From NCBI GenBank assembly GCA_020633435.1, contig JACKDP010000002.1:567788-631787 (forward strand): a stretch of DNA of 64,000 bases. The letters run 5' to 3'. Positions 16,781 to 26,097 of this stretch are shown one piece after another; position 1 is the first letter of the stretch, and each line of letters begins with the position of its first letter. A program made the translations under genes and the position numbers. Source of the DNA: Myxococcales bacterium (lineage in GTDB: Bacteria > Myxococcota_A > Bradymonadia > UBA7976 > UBA1532). The notes beneath the pieces were generated by a model, which ran no database searches, had not been told where the DNA came from, and saw only the letters and a program-made list of their open reading frames with translations.

Positions 16781-17935
16781 ATGCTGATCGCCACGCTGCT
16801 CGCGCCGCTCGCTCTGGCGCCCATCCGGGCGGACGCCGTGAAGGTGGACGCCTTCTTCAACGAGTGGGAGGGCAAGGCCGCGCTGGTGCTCTCCGAGGCG
16901 GTCCGCGGGCGCGTGGACGGGCCGCTGGATCTGGGGCCGCGGGTCCAGATCGCGTGGTCCGGCACGGACTTGCTGGTGGCGGCGCAGGTGGTGGACGACC
17001 GCTTCCAGTTCGGGGATGGCAAGGCCGGCGACGGGCTGGCCTTCGTCTGGGGGGATCCGCCCCACCGCCTCGACATCGTGCTGCGGGATCTGGAGGACGT
17101 GCCGCCCATCGCCCGCGTGGACGGGCAGGACGTGAAGGGGGCGACGCTGCGCGGGACGTACCGCAAGGATGGCTGGGCCGTGGAGGCCGCCATCCCCCTG
17201 AGCGCCCTGCCTGGGCTCGTGGGCGGGCCGGTGCGGTTCGCGGCGCTGGTGCAGGACGCCGATGAGCGGGGCGAGGAGCCGGCCATCCGGGCGAGCGCGC
17301 CCCTCGACGCCCGGGGGGCGCCGACGGCGGTGACGCTGGATCTGAGCGCGAGCGCCGGCCTCGAGGCGCGCTACGAGGCGGAGCAGGATCACGCCGAGCC
17401 CCTGAAGCGGCTGACGGGCAACCTGTACGGCGGCGCGGGGCTGCCGGAGGTGGTGCGCATCAGCGATCGCGAGATCGTCGTGCTGGGCCATGAGCTGCCC
17501 GACGGGGTGGGCTACACCTTCGTGACCCATGGCTGGCGGGCCGGGGTGACGCTGGTGTCGGCCGAGCTCAAGGAGCTGGACGGGCGGCCCGGGGACGAGC
17601 TGTACGTCGTGCACCGCGAGTGGGCGGTGCCGGGCGAGACCGAGGTGGAAGTGGCCGAGATCTGGAGTGTTTTCGATGGGTCGCTGCGCTGCCTCTTCGC
17701 CCAGAAGACGCTGGAGCGCACCCCCTCGATGGGCGCCGAGGCGGCCACCGCCCTCGCCTTCGTGGGCAAGAAGCCGCCCCTGCGCATCGAGGTGCCGCCG
17801 GCGAAGGTGACCGGGTTCAACCCCGGCAACTACCGGTCCGTCGATCCCCCCGACATGCCGTTCAACCCGCTGCCGATGCCCTGGGAGAGCAAGAAGGGCG
17901 CGGCGTACACCTTCAAGGGGGACGCCTGGCGGTGA
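16781..17935 (+). CDS. secreted hypothetical protein (signal peptide; possible carbohydrate-binding-like N-terminal module)
   Basis: MLIATLLAPLALAPIRADA signal peptide. No recognisable catalytic motifs. Coding-like composition throughout. Confidence 0.5.
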   Translation: MLIATLLAPLALAPIRADAVKVDAFFNEWEGKAALVLSEAVRGRVDGPLDLGPRVQIAWSGTDLLVAAQVVDDRFQFGDGKAGDGLAFVWGDPPHRLDIVLRDLEDVPPIARVDGQDVKGATLRGTYRKDGWAVEAAIPLSALPGLVGGPVRFAALVQDADERGEEPAIRASAPLDARGAPTAVTLDLSASAGLEARYEAEQDHAEPLKRLTGNLYGGAGLPEVVRISDREIVVLGHELPDGVGYTFVTHGWRAGVTLVSAELKELDGRPGDELYVVHREWAVPGETEVEVAEIWSVFDGSLRCLFAQKTLERTPSMGAEAATALAFVGKKPPLRIEVPPAKVTGFNPGNYRSVDPPDMPFNPLPMPWESKKGAAYTFKGDAWR

Positions 17936-17947
17936 GGCCCGCCAGGA

Positions 17948-18880
17948 TCAGGGCAGCGGCGCGCAGGTGAGCGTCGTGCCGGGGTTGACGGTCTGCTCCC
18001 CGCAGACGGCGACGCTGGAGCAGCCGCAGAAGCCGTCGTAGCAGGTGTCCACGCCGCCCTGGTTGCAGTCGGCGTTCCCGGCGCAGCGGCAGATGCCGTC
18101 GTCGCCGCAGACCGACGCGTTCGTCATGCAGCTCCCGGCCGTGCACTTGCACAGGCCGCTGTCGACGTCACAGCGCGGGTACTCCCCCGAGCAGTCGGCG
18201 TCGCCCCGGCAAGGGAGCTGGCAGAACCGGTCGTCGTTGCAGATGGCCCGCGGCTGGCCGCACGCCGTCACCGTCCCCTCGGCGCCGAAGGCCGGGGCCT
18301 CGACCTCTTCCATGTTCAGGCTGGCGCACTGGATGAACTCGCCGGGGATGAGGGCACACCGGCCCTCGCCGCCGACGTCGATGCAGGCCTGCGTCCCGGC
18401 GGCGCCGCCGTCGCAGCCGCTGGTGTCGGCGCAGCTCATCAGCCAGCCGCTGAAGAGGGAGACGCACTGCTGGTTGCCGTCGCAGTTGGTGTTGCTGTCG
18501 GCCGGCCAGCACCGCTGGTCGCGACACTCGAAGCCCTGGATGCAGTCGGCGGTGTCCTCGCAGACCTCCTGGCAGAACATCGCCTCGCCGGGCGCGCCGC
18601 CGGCGCCCCCCTGGCCGCCCACGCCGCCCTCGCCGCCGACGCCCCCCTGGCCGCCCGCGCCGCCCTCGCCACCGAGACCGCCCTCGCCGCCGAGACCGCC
18701 CTCGCCGCCTGGACCGCCCTCGCCCCCAAGGCCGCCGACGCCCCCAAGGCCGCCCACGCCGCCTTCACCGCCGACGCCCCCCTGGCCCCCGGCGGCGTCG
18801 ATCTCGGCGTCCCCCGCCCCGACCCCGCAGGCAGCCAGGGCCAGCAAGAGTCCGAAAACAAATGACTTTCTGGCCAGCAT
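17948..18880 (-). CDS. lipoprotein with (GGxGG)n Gly-rich repeat region and Cys-rich C-terminal domain
   Basis: MLARKSFVFGLLLALAACG lipobox, a long GGQGGVGGEGGVGGLGG... stretch, then >30 Cys in a module (CQEVCEDTADCIQGFECRDQRCW...). Confidence 0.55.
   Translation of the reverse strand: MLARKSFVFGLLLALAACGVGAGDAEIDAAGGQGGVGGEGGVGGLGGVGGLGGEGGPGGEGGLGGEGGLGGEGGAGGQGGVGGEGGVGGQGGAGGAPGEAMFCQEVCEDTADCIQGFECRDQRCWPADSNTNCDGNQQCVSLFSGWLMSCADTSGCDGGAAGTQACIDVGGEGRCALIPGEFIQCASLNMEEVEAPAFGAEGTVTACGQPRAICNDDRFCQLPCRGDADCSGEYPRCDVDSGLCKCTAGSCMTNASVCGDDGICRCAGNADCNQGGVDTCYDGFCGCSSVAVCGEQTVNPGTTLTCAPLP
18586..18796 (-). repeat. degenerate tandem repeats encoding GG(x)GG units
   Basis: Periodic ggcggcgagggcggt/ctcggcgg units on the minus strand. 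Their antisense creates the spurious Pro/Ser-rich plus-strand ORF 18045..21395. Confidence 0.7.
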
Positions 18881-18965
18881 CGCCGCTCCCCCTCGCCGTT
18901 CACGCCGACAGACTACCGAGCGCCGCCACCCTGGCGCCCCTCCGGAAAAGTGGTGGGCGCCGCGC

Positions 18966-20504
18966 TCACTGCGGCAGGCAGGCCTCGCTGGCCAGGTAGA
19001 GCAGGCGGGTCTCCGGGCCTACGAGGTGATCGTCGGCGGGGTTGAGCAGATCGTCGCCGCCATCGCGCAGGCCGATGATCAGCACGCCGGTGCGCGCCCG
19101 GACGGCGACGCGCACCGCCTCGAACGGCCCCGGCTCGACGTCGCCGGGCAGCCGCCCCACGTACAGGCTCTGGTGCCCCACCGACGCCACCTCGCCCAGG
19201 ACCTCCGCCGTCCCCGGCTGCAGGGTGGCGTGGGCCATCAGCGCGAAGCCCACCCGCGTCGTCTCGATCACCTCGTCCGCCCCCGCCGTGCGGGCGTGGG
19301 TGACGTTCTCGGGATCCAGGATCTCGGCCACGACGTACAGCGGCCGCGCCCGGCGCGAGGCGCTGGCCCGGGCCTTCATGTAGGCGCGGAGGGTGAACGC
19401 CGTGAGGATGGTGTTGGCGTCGGCCTGCTGCGGCAGGAGCGCCCGCGGCGCCACCAGCACCGCCCCCGCCGCCCGGGGCAGGCTCACCTTGTCCAGCTCG
19501 CTCTCCTTGGTGGGATCGCCGCTGATCCAGGTGAACTCGGGCGGCAGGTCCGGCGGCCGCGCCCCCGGCGCGAACAGGACGATGGCGCGATCCTCCCCGG
19601 CCATCTCGGCGAGCAGGGCGTCGAGCAGCAGCCGCGCGCCGGGGTCGTAGCCGCAGACGACGATGTGGTTGAGGTAGCCGCTCATGCGGAACTGTTCCTC
19701 CCGGATGCCGAGGACGGCGTTGACGAGGGCGTGGCTGACCAGGGCGGCGAAGAGGCCCAGGTTGAAGAGGCCGGCCACCATGAGCAGGCCGCCGAGCAGG
19801 CGCCCCACCCCGGTCTCGGGGGCGATGTCACCGTAGCCCACGGTCGTGAGCGTCACCAGCGCCCACCACAGGCCGTCGCCGATGGACTCGATCTTGGCGT
19901 TCTGGCCCACCTCGGCCAGGTACATGGAGAGGCCGCCGATGATGGTGGTCACCCCCAGCAGCGACAGCCCGAAGGCGAAGAGCAGCCGGTTCTCCTCGAA
20001 GGCCCGGGCCAGGCCGGTGAACGGGTTGCTGTAGCGGAACAGCCGCGTGGCGCGCAGGAGCCGCAGCAGCCGGACCGCCCGCAGGCCCCGCAGGCCCGGG
20101 ACGACGGCGAGCACCGTGACGAGATCGACGAGGATCAGCGGCCGGAAGAGCAGGCGGACGCGGCCCGTGACGTGCGTGCGCACCCGCCCGGCGGCCGAGT
20201 GCTGGAAGAAGCCGAGGGCCGGCGGTCGGAACGACGCGACCCGCAGCAGCAGCTCGGCGCCGAAGACCCAGAGCAGCAGGCGGTCCACGGGCAGCAGCCA
20301 CGTCTGGACGAGGGCGTCGTCGAGGCCCAGCGCCAGCTCCACGACGAGGAGCAGCACCGACAGGCCGATGAGGGCGTAGACCGTGGCCTCCACCCGGCGC
20401 CAGGCGGCGGTGCCGGGCTCGTGGAAGGCGCGGTGCAACAGCGCGAAGAGAGAGGGCTCCACGCGGGCAGCATACCACCGGCGGGCGTGGTACGCTCCCG
20501 CCAT
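18966..20504 (-). CDS. voltage-gated K+ channel with C-terminal RCK/TrkA-N domain
   Basis: Selectivity filter TTVGYGD, S4-like RLLRLLRATRLFR, Rossmann HIVVCGYDPGARLL. Start chosen at ATG 20504 (MAGAYHARRWY...) with GAGGAG upstream. The track ORF to 20693 is upstream read-through. Confidence 0.8.
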   Translation of the reverse strand: MAGAYHARRWYAARVEPSLFALLHRAFHEPGTAAWRRVEATVYALIGLSVLLLVVELALGLDDALVQTWLLPVDRLLLWVFGAELLLRVASFRPPALGFFQHSAAGRVRTHVTGRVRLLFRPLILVDLVTVLAVVPGLRGLRAVRLLRLLRATRLFRYSNPFTGLARAFEENRLLFAFGLSLLGVTTIIGGLSMYLAEVGQNAKIESIGDGLWWALVTLTTVGYGDIAPETGVGRLLGGLLMVAGLFNLGLFAALVSHALVNAVLGIREEQFRMSGYLNHIVVCGYDPGARLLLDALLAEMAGEDRAIVLFAPGARPPDLPPEFTWISGDPTKESELDKVSLPRAAGAVLVAPRALLPQQADANTILTAFTLRAYMKARASASRRARPLYVVAEILDPENVTHARTAGADEVIETTRVGFALMAHATLQPGTAEVLGEVASVGHQSLYVGRLPGDVEPGPFEAVRVAVRARTGVLIIGLRDGGDDLLNPADDHLVGPETRLLYLASEACLPQ

Positions 20505-20601
20505 GCGGCCCGACTCCTCGCCCTCCGTCCTCGGCCCCCTGGGGCGCCTCGTCGCCCCCCTCATGCGCCCCCGCCGGCCCCTCAAGCCGGGCGGCCGGGC
20601 C

Positions 20602-21507
20602 ATGGAGCTGTTCTTCCGCACGCTCTCGGGCGCCAGCCGGCAGCACCCGGCGGCCCGGCGCCGGCTGGCCCGCGTCGAGCACCTGCGCGACATCTCCTAC
20701 GGCCCCGAGGCGGCGCACCACCTGGACGTCTACCGCGCCCCCGGCGTCGAGGGCCCCCGCCCGGCCGTGCTCTACCTGCACGGCGGCGCCTTCCAGATCC
20801 TCTCCAAGGAGACGCACTGGCTGATGGCGCTGGCCTTCGTGCGCATGGGCGGCGTCGTCTTCGTGGCCGACTACCGGCTGGCCCCCGAGCACCCCTACCC
20901 GGCCGCCGCCCAGGACGCCTGCCGGGCCGCCCTGTGGGTGCAGCAGAACGCCGCCCGGTATGGTGCCGATCCGTCCCGCCTCGTCGTCGCGGGGGAGTCC
21001 GCCGGCGCGAACCTGGCCCTGGCCGTCACCGTCGCCGCCTCGTACCGCCGCCCCGAGCCCTGGGCCGCGGCCGTCTTCGACGCCGGCGTCCGCCCCGTCC
21101 TCACCTTCCCCGCCTGCGGCATGCTCCAGGTGACCGACCCGGGCCGCTTCATCCGCCGCAAGCCCGGCATGAGCCGCTTCGTGCAGTCGCGTCTGCAGGA
21201 GGTCGAGGGGGGCTACCTGCGCGGCGTGCATCCCGGGCCCGGCTCCCTGGCCGACCCGCTCTGCGTCCTCGAGACGGCCGGCCCGCCCGAGCGCCCGCTG
21301 CCGCCGATGTTCGCCCCGTGCGGCACCGCCGATCCGCTCCTCGACGACACCCGCCGCCTGGGCGCCGCCCTCGATCGGCTCGGCGTGCCCCATGAGGTGC
21401 GCTACTACCCCGGCGAGGTGCACGCCTTTCACGCCCTGTACTTCCGGGAAGCCGCTCGCCGATGCTGGCGAGATCACAGCGCTTTCTGGGATCGCTTCCC
21501 TCCCTGA
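20602..21507 (+). CDS. alpha/beta hydrolase, esterase/lipase (HSL family)
   Basis: LYLHGGAF oxyanion motif, GESAGANLA nucleophile elbow, and DPLLDD...H catalytic residues. The start is ambiguous: ATG 20602 (MELFF...) or ATG 20503, which would overlap the divergent K+ channel start. Confidence 0.7.
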   Translation: MELFFRTLSGASRQHPAARRRLARVEHLRDISYGPEAAHHLDVYRAPGVEGPRPAVLYLHGGAFQILSKETHWLMALAFVRMGGVVFVADYRLAPEHPYPAAAQDACRAALWVQQNAARYGADPSRLVVAGESAGANLALAVTVAASYRRPEPWAAAVFDAGVRPVLTFPACGMLQVTDPGRFIRRKPGMSRFVQSRLQEVEGGYLRGVHPGPGSLADPLCVLETAGPPERPLPPMFAPCGTADPLLDDTRRLGAALDRLGVPHEVRYYPGEVHAFHALYFREAARRCWRDHSAFWDRFPP

Positions 21508-21530
21508 ACCACCACCGCCCGGGTGCCCCG

Positions 21531-22925
21531 ATGCTGCGCGCGCTCCTCCTCTCCCTGCTGGCGCTGGCGCCCCTGGCCCACGCCGACGAGCTGCACTTCT
21601 CCACGTTCCGCTTCGGCCAGCGGGCCATGGGCATGGGCGGCGCCGTCACGGCCTACGCCGACGAGCCCGAGGCGACGTTCTACAACCCGGCCGGCCTCGC
21701 CATGCTCGGGGGCACCCGCTTCTCGGGGGCGCTCAACTTCATCGGCTTCGACCGGCGCACCCAGCGCGGGGCCCTGCGCGACGCGGCGTTCTTCCAGCCC
21801 GGCGACCTGGACTCGGAGGAGTTCGTCGCCATCCCGGCCAGCAGCGTCCTCACGTCGACGTTCGCCGAGGGGCGCCACGTCCTCGCCCTGTCCACGTTCC
21901 TGCAGAGCGACAGCGAGGAGGACTTCTCGGGCAGCCACGAGCAGGCCCTGACCGGCGACACCTACGACTTCGTCCGCTTCACCACCGAGCGGCGCCGCGA
22001 GGACGAGATCCTGCTGCGCGGCGTGAGCTGGGGCTACCGCGGCGGGCCGACGTGGGCCGTGGGCGCCAGCGTCTTCCTGGCCCGGCAGATCCGCCGCGAG
22101 GTGGCGCGCCGCGCCGAGGTCCTGCAGCGCGTCTCCAACGGCGACTCCCTCTTCCTCGACGTGAGCACCCGCGAGGAGAGCACCACCCACGGCCTGCTGG
22201 CCCGCGTGGGCGCCCTCTGGCGGCCGAGCGAGCGCTGGTCGTTCGGGATCGCCTGCAGCACCCCCAGCGTCACCGTCCTCGGCGAGGGCAAGGTGGGCTA
22301 CACCCAGATCCGGTCCGGCGGCCTGGCCGGCGACGATCGCCCCCTGCTCGTCGACGAGCGCGTCGACCTGGACGCCACCACCGTCCTCCCGGCCGACTGC
22401 CGGGCGGGCCTGGCCTGGCGCGTCCCGGACCGCCTGGTCGTGGGCTTCGACGTGGCCGTGCACCTGCCCGTCGATTACGACCGCTACACCCTCACCCCCG
22501 CCCTCGCGCCGCGCGCCGACGAGCTGCAGGCGCACGTCCAGACGGACGCGGTGGTCAACGCCGCCGTCGGCCTGGAGTGGCGGGCGAGCGACCGCTGGCC
22601 CCTGCGCGTGGGCCTCTTCACCAACCGGACGGCCGCCCCGGCCATCGACGCCCGCCCCGCCGCCCTCGCGCCGGCCCACGTCGACCTGTACGGGGCGACG
22701 GCCAGCCTCGGCTACCTGGGCGACGACGGCTCGGTGAACGTGGGCGCCGAGCTGCAGGTGGGCAGCGGCGAGGACGCCATCTCCGCCGACCTGGAGAGCC
22801 TGCGCGCCGACCGCGACTTCATCCGCGTCGACCGCAGCGAGTGGCGCCTGCTGCTCTTCGTGTCGGGCGCGGTGACGTTCGCCAAGGCCGCCGCGAAGGC
22901 CATCAGCAGCGCCTGGGGCGAGTGA
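21531..22925 (+). CDS. outer membrane transport protein, FadL/OMPP1/TodX-like beta-barrel
   Basis: Signal peptide MLRALLLSLLALAPLAHA. The N-terminal motif GMGGAVTAYADEPEATFYNPAGLAML resembles the FadL-family NPA(G/L) region. The terminal aromatic residue (W) is followed by GE. Confidence 0.55.
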   Translation: MLRALLLSLLALAPLAHADELHFSTFRFGQRAMGMGGAVTAYADEPEATFYNPAGLAMLGGTRFSGALNFIGFDRRTQRGALRDAAFFQPGDLDSEEFVAIPASSVLTSTFAEGRHVLALSTFLQSDSEEDFSGSHEQALTGDTYDFVRFTTERRREDEILLRGVSWGYRGGPTWAVGASVFLARQIRREVARRAEVLQRVSNGDSLFLDVSTREESTTHGLLARVGALWRPSERWSFGIACSTPSVTVLGEGKVGYTQIRSGGLAGDDRPLLVDERVDLDATTVLPADCRAGLAWRVPDRLVVGFDVAVHLPVDYDRYTLTPALAPRADELQAHVQTDAVVNAAVGLEWRASDRWPLRVGLFTNRTAAPAIDARPAALAPAHVDLYGATASLGYLGDDGSVNVGAELQVGSGEDAISADLESLRADRDFIRVDRSEWRLLLFVSGAVTFAKAAAKAISSAWGE

Positions 22926-22964
22926 GCGAACGGCCGATTTCTTCGCAGATACGAGGGGTTGCCT

Positions 22965-23342
22965 TCAGGGATCGGGCAGGACGACGACGGTCGCGGCCCG
23001 CAGGACGCGGTCGCCCCCGGCGGTGCCCTGCGTCCACGCGCCCGTCGCGTCCTGGTGGGCCTGGAACGCGTCGGTGGTGCTCAGCACGCCCGTGACCTCG
23101 ACCCACTTGCCCACCTGGTCGGCGGGCCAGGCCGGCAGCTCGATGAGGTAGACGACGTCCGCGTCGCTGACGACGGCGGCGGCCAGCTTGGCGTCGCGGG
23201 CGCGGCCGCGCAGCGTCACGCGCGGGGCCTCCGAAGCGGGCGCCGCCGTCGGCGCGGTGGCGGGCGCGGGCGCGCTCGGCGGGGCGCTCGGCGGGACGGC
23301 GGGCGGCGTCGCCAGGACGATGAGCCAGGGCAGCAGGTGCAT
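22965..23342 (-). CDS. small secreted hypothetical protein (125 aa)
   Basis: The ATG at 23342 has GGAGG upstream. MHLLPWLIVLATPPAVPP signal-like N-terminus, then an AP-rich linker and a globular C-terminus. The track ORF to 23663 is read-through. Confidence 0.4.
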   Translation of the reverse strand: MHLLPWLIVLATPPAVPPSAPPSAPAPATAPTAAPASEAPRVTLRGRARDAKLAAAVVSDADVVYLIELPAWPADQVGKWVEVTGVLSTTDAFQAHQDATGAWTQGTAGGDRVLRAATVVVLPDP

Positions 23343-23420
23343 GGTGCCTCCGCGCCGGGGAGCGTCCCGGCCAGGCCCCAGGATGCCACGCCGGCCGTCA
23401 CCGATCACGCGCGCTCTCCA

Positions 23421-23446
23421 CCGATATTTCGGTACCGATTTTTCGG
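23421..23446. promoter_or_regulatory. two tandem 12-bp palindromes CCGA-N4-TCGG (CCGATATTTCGG ta CCGATTTTTCGG) in an AT-rich divergent promoter region
   Basis: Read directly. It contains an embedded perfect 10-bp palindrome TCGGTACCGA. It lies 147 nt upstream of the rubrerythrin ATG and 79 nt upstream of the divergent small secreted gene. Confidence 0.4.
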
Positions 23447-23592
23447 TATCGTGGCGCGCACCGGCCCACCGACCCGCGTGGCCACGGCGGTCCGCGGCCC
23501 CTTCCCCTTTGGAACGGGGGTTGCTATCAGGGGGCGGCACCGATGCGTCGGCGGGCGCCACCCGCCATGATGGACGAGGAGAGACGAGCACG

Positions 23593-24012
23593 ATGAGCAC
23601 CCTCAAGGGCAGCAAGACCCACGAGAACCTCAAGGAGGCCTTCGCGGGCGAGTCCCAGGCCAACCGCCGCTACCTGTGGATGGCCAAGGTGGCCGACGTC
23701 GAGGGCTACCCGGAGATCGCCGGCAACTTCCGCGACACCGCCGAGGGCGAGACGGGCCATGCCCATGGCCACCTCGACTACCTGCGCAAGGTGGGCGATC
23801 CGGCCACCGGCCTGCCCATCGGCGCCACCGACGACAACCTCCGCGCCTCGGTCGCCGGCGAGACCCACGAGTACACCGACATGTACCCGGGCTTCGCGCG
23901 CACCGCCCGCGAGGAGGGCTTCGAGGAGATCGCTGACTGGTTCGAGACGCTGGCCAAGGCCGAGAAGAGCCACGCTGGCCGCTTCCAGGCCCTCCTCGAC
24001 GAGCACTTCTAG
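23593..24012 (+). CDS. rubrerythrin-family diiron protein (no rubredoxin domain)
   Basis: [64 protein letters not shown]... shows the E..H and ExxH ferritin-like diiron ligands. GAGGAG RBS. Confidence 0.85.
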   Translation: MSTLKGSKTHENLKEAFAGESQANRRYLWMAKVADVEGYPEIAGNFRDTAEGETGHAHGHLDYLRKVGDPATGLPIGATDDNLRASVAGETHEYTDMYPGFARTAREEGFEEIADWFETLAKAEKSHAGRFQALLDEHF

Positions 24013-24075
24013 TCGAGCTGGCCGCGCCCGGCCCTCCCGGGGGCCGGGCGGCCCCATCCTGTCTCTGGAGCATCG

Positions 24076-25428
24076 ATGAGCGAGACCGGCCACATTTCGT
24101 ACCAGCCCACCGACGGCCTGAGCTACGACCCGACGGAGGAAAAGTACTGGGATTCCGGTGCGTTGCAGAAGGAGATCACGCGCGCGTTCGAGATCTGCCA
24201 CGGCTGCCGCATGTGCTTCAAGTACTGCGACTCGTTCCCGCTCCTGTTCAAGTTCGTCGATGAGGCGTCGGGCGACGTGCGCAAGCTCAGCGCCGACCAG
24301 GTCGACGAGGTGGTGGACGCCTGCTTCCAGTGCAAGCTCTGCGAAGTCCAGTGCCCCTACACCCCCAACGACAACCACGAGTTCCTGCTCGACTTCCCCA
24401 AGCTGATGCACCGCTACACCGCCCAGCGGGCGCAGCGCGTCGGCCTGAAGCTCGGGGAGAAGATGCTGGCCGATCCCGACCGCAGCGCCCGGCTGGCCCG
24501 CGCGAGCCTGGGGATGGCCAACGTCATGAACCGCGTCGGCCTGCACCGCTGGTTCATGGAGAAGATGCTCGGCATCCACCGCGACAAGCTGCTGCCCGAC
24601 TTCGCCTCGACGACGTTCGAGAAGTGGGCCGCCCGCGAGGGCCGCATCGCGCGGGAGGCGGGGCACGAGGCCATCCTGTTCCAGACCTGCTACGTCCAGA
24701 ACAACGAGCCCCAGATCGGCCGCGACACCGTCGAGGTGATGGAGAAGAACGGCGTCGATCTCAAGTGCGTGGCCGGGCTGCAGTGCTGCGGCATGCCGCG
24801 CTGGGAGAAGGGCGACCTCGAGGCCCTGCGCAAGCAGGCGAAGCACAACCTCGACGTGCTCATGCCCCATGTGGACGCCGGCTCGAAGGTGCTGGTCGTC
24901 AACCCGACGTGCTCGATGATGATGCGGCGCGAGTACCCCGAGCTGCTCGACGGCGCCGACCGGGAGCGCGCCCTGCGCCTGTCGGCCGCCGTGGCCGACA
25001 CCAGCGAGTTCCTGTGGTCGCTGCGCCAGGAGGAGCGGTTCAACACCGACTTCCAGAGCAGCCCCGGCGACAAGGTGTCCTACCACGCGCCCTGCCACCT
25101 GCGCGCCCAGCGCGTGGGCTTCAAGGGTCGGGATTTGTTGAGGAAGATCCCCGGCGTCAAGCCGGCCACCGTGATGGAGTGCTGCGGCCACGATGGCACC
25201 TATGCCATGACGGTCGACGGCTTCGAGCCCTCGGCCCGCATCGGCAAGAAGGCCTTCGACGAGATGAAGGAGCAGCAGGCCGAGATCTGGGCCACCGACT
25301 GCCCCCTCGCCGCCCTCCAGTTCCAGCAGCACGCGGGCGTCAAGCCCATGCACCCCATGAGCATCCTGGCGCGGGCCTACCGGCCCGACGGCTTCCCGAA
25401 GCCCCTCGCCCCGAAGGAGCAGAGCTGA
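24076..25428 (+). CDS. (Fe-S)-binding oxidoreductase with 4Fe-4S ferredoxin motifs and two CCG domains (GlpC/GlcF/HdrD-like)
   Basis: [15 protein letters not shown] and [13 protein letters not shown] ferredoxin motifs. CCG cysteine-rich domains include [18 protein letters not shown] and CCGHDGTY. Confidence 0.8.
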   Translation: MSETGHISYQPTDGLSYDPTEEKYWDSGALQKEITRAFEICHGCRMCFKYCDSFPLLFKFVDEASGDVRKLSADQVDEVVDACFQCKLCEVQCPYTPNDNHEFLLDFPKLMHRYTAQRAQRVGLKLGEKMLADPDRSARLARASLGMANVMNRVGLHRWFMEKMLGIHRDKLLPDFASTTFEKWAAREGRIAREAGHEAILFQTCYVQNNEPQIGRDTVEVMEKNGVDLKCVAGLQCCGMPRWEKGDLEALRKQAKHNLDVLMPHVDAGSKVLVVNPTCSMMMRREYPELLDGADRERALRLSAAVADTSEFLWSLRQEERFNTDFQSSPGDKVSYHAPCHLRAQRVGFKGRDLLRKIPGVKPATVMECCGHDGTYAMTVDGFEPSARIGKKAFDEMKEQQAEIWATDCPLAALQFQQHAGVKPMHPMSILARAYRPDGFPKPLAPKEQS

Positions 25429-25991
25429 TGCGTCCCGTCCAGCGCAGCGAGATCCTCGACTACGTGACCTACACCGACGGCCGCGAGGCCCTGCGGGCCG
25501 CCGTCCTGGCCGCCAAGCGGCCGCGGCGCCTGCACGTGGGCCGCTACCTGACGTTCCTGTTCGAGAACCGCGACACCGTGCGCTACCAGGTGCAGGAGAT
25601 GATGCGGGTCGAGCACCTCGTCCGGGAGGCCGACATCCAGCACGAGCTCGACACCTACAACGAGCTGCTGGGCGGCCCCGGCGAGCTCGGCTGCACGCTG
25701 CTCATCGAGATCGATGACGCCAGCGGCCGCGGCGAGAAGCTGGTGGCCTGGCAGGGCCTCAACGGGCACCTCTACCTGGAGCTGGCCGATGGCACCCGCG
25801 TCCGCCCCACCTGGGACGAGCGGCAGGTGGGCGACGACCGCCTCAGCTCCGTGCAGTACCTGAAGTTCGATGTGGGCGGCGCCACCCCCGTGGCCATCGG
25901 CTGCGACTTCCCGGCCGAGGACGTCCGCGGCCGCAGCGCCCTCACCGACGAGCAGCGCGCGGCGCTCGCCGCGGACCTCGCCGACGCCTGA
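25428..25991 (+). CDS. DUF3501-family protein
   Basis: The ATG overlaps the stop of the Fe-S gene (TGATG). The 187-aa product ([63 protein letters not shown]...) matches my recollection of DUF3501, which commonly follows rubrerythrin/CCG Fe-S genes. Confidence 0.55.
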   Translation: MRPVQRSEILDYVTYTDGREALRAAVLAAKRPRRLHVGRYLTFLFENRDTVRYQVQEMMRVEHLVREADIQHELDTYNELLGGPGELGCTLLIEIDDASGRGEKLVAWQGLNGHLYLELADGTRVRPTWDERQVGDDRLSSVQYLKFDVGGATPVAIGCDFPAEDVRGRSALTDEQRAALAADLADA

Positions 25992-26097
25992 CAGGATCTG
26001 TTGGCGGGTGTGATGGCACCCACCGGACAGCGCTGGAGACCCCGGCGGGACGGGGCTATGCTCGCCTGGCGGCCCGGGAGCCGCCAGGGAGGGAGCC

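Noticed and set aside
16643-17614. 323-aa minus ORF and other long antisense ORFs (19828..21477, 25377..26324, 26889..27707, 27762..30179, 30843..32798, 45487..46200, 46228..47412, 48318..49409, 49237..51300, 54748..56457, 56039..57790, 60574..63999)
   Set aside because: Each lies opposite a plus- or minus-strand gene with clear family motifs, and all show biased R/G/A/P composition without motifs. They are open frames expected by chance at ~70% GC.
20383-20601. Esterase N-terminal extension from 20383 (track ORF start)
   Set aside because: The first ~40 codons overlap the K+ channel N-terminus on the opposite strand and are Arg/Ser-rich. The HSL-type esterase fold needs only ~60 residues before HGGAF.
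24330-25427. Long plus ORF 24330..25991 as a single 553-aa protein
   Set aside because: Its first two-thirds are an alternative frame of the Fe-S protein gene (R/P/A-rich). Only the segment from the ATG at 25428 (DUF3501) is coding-like.
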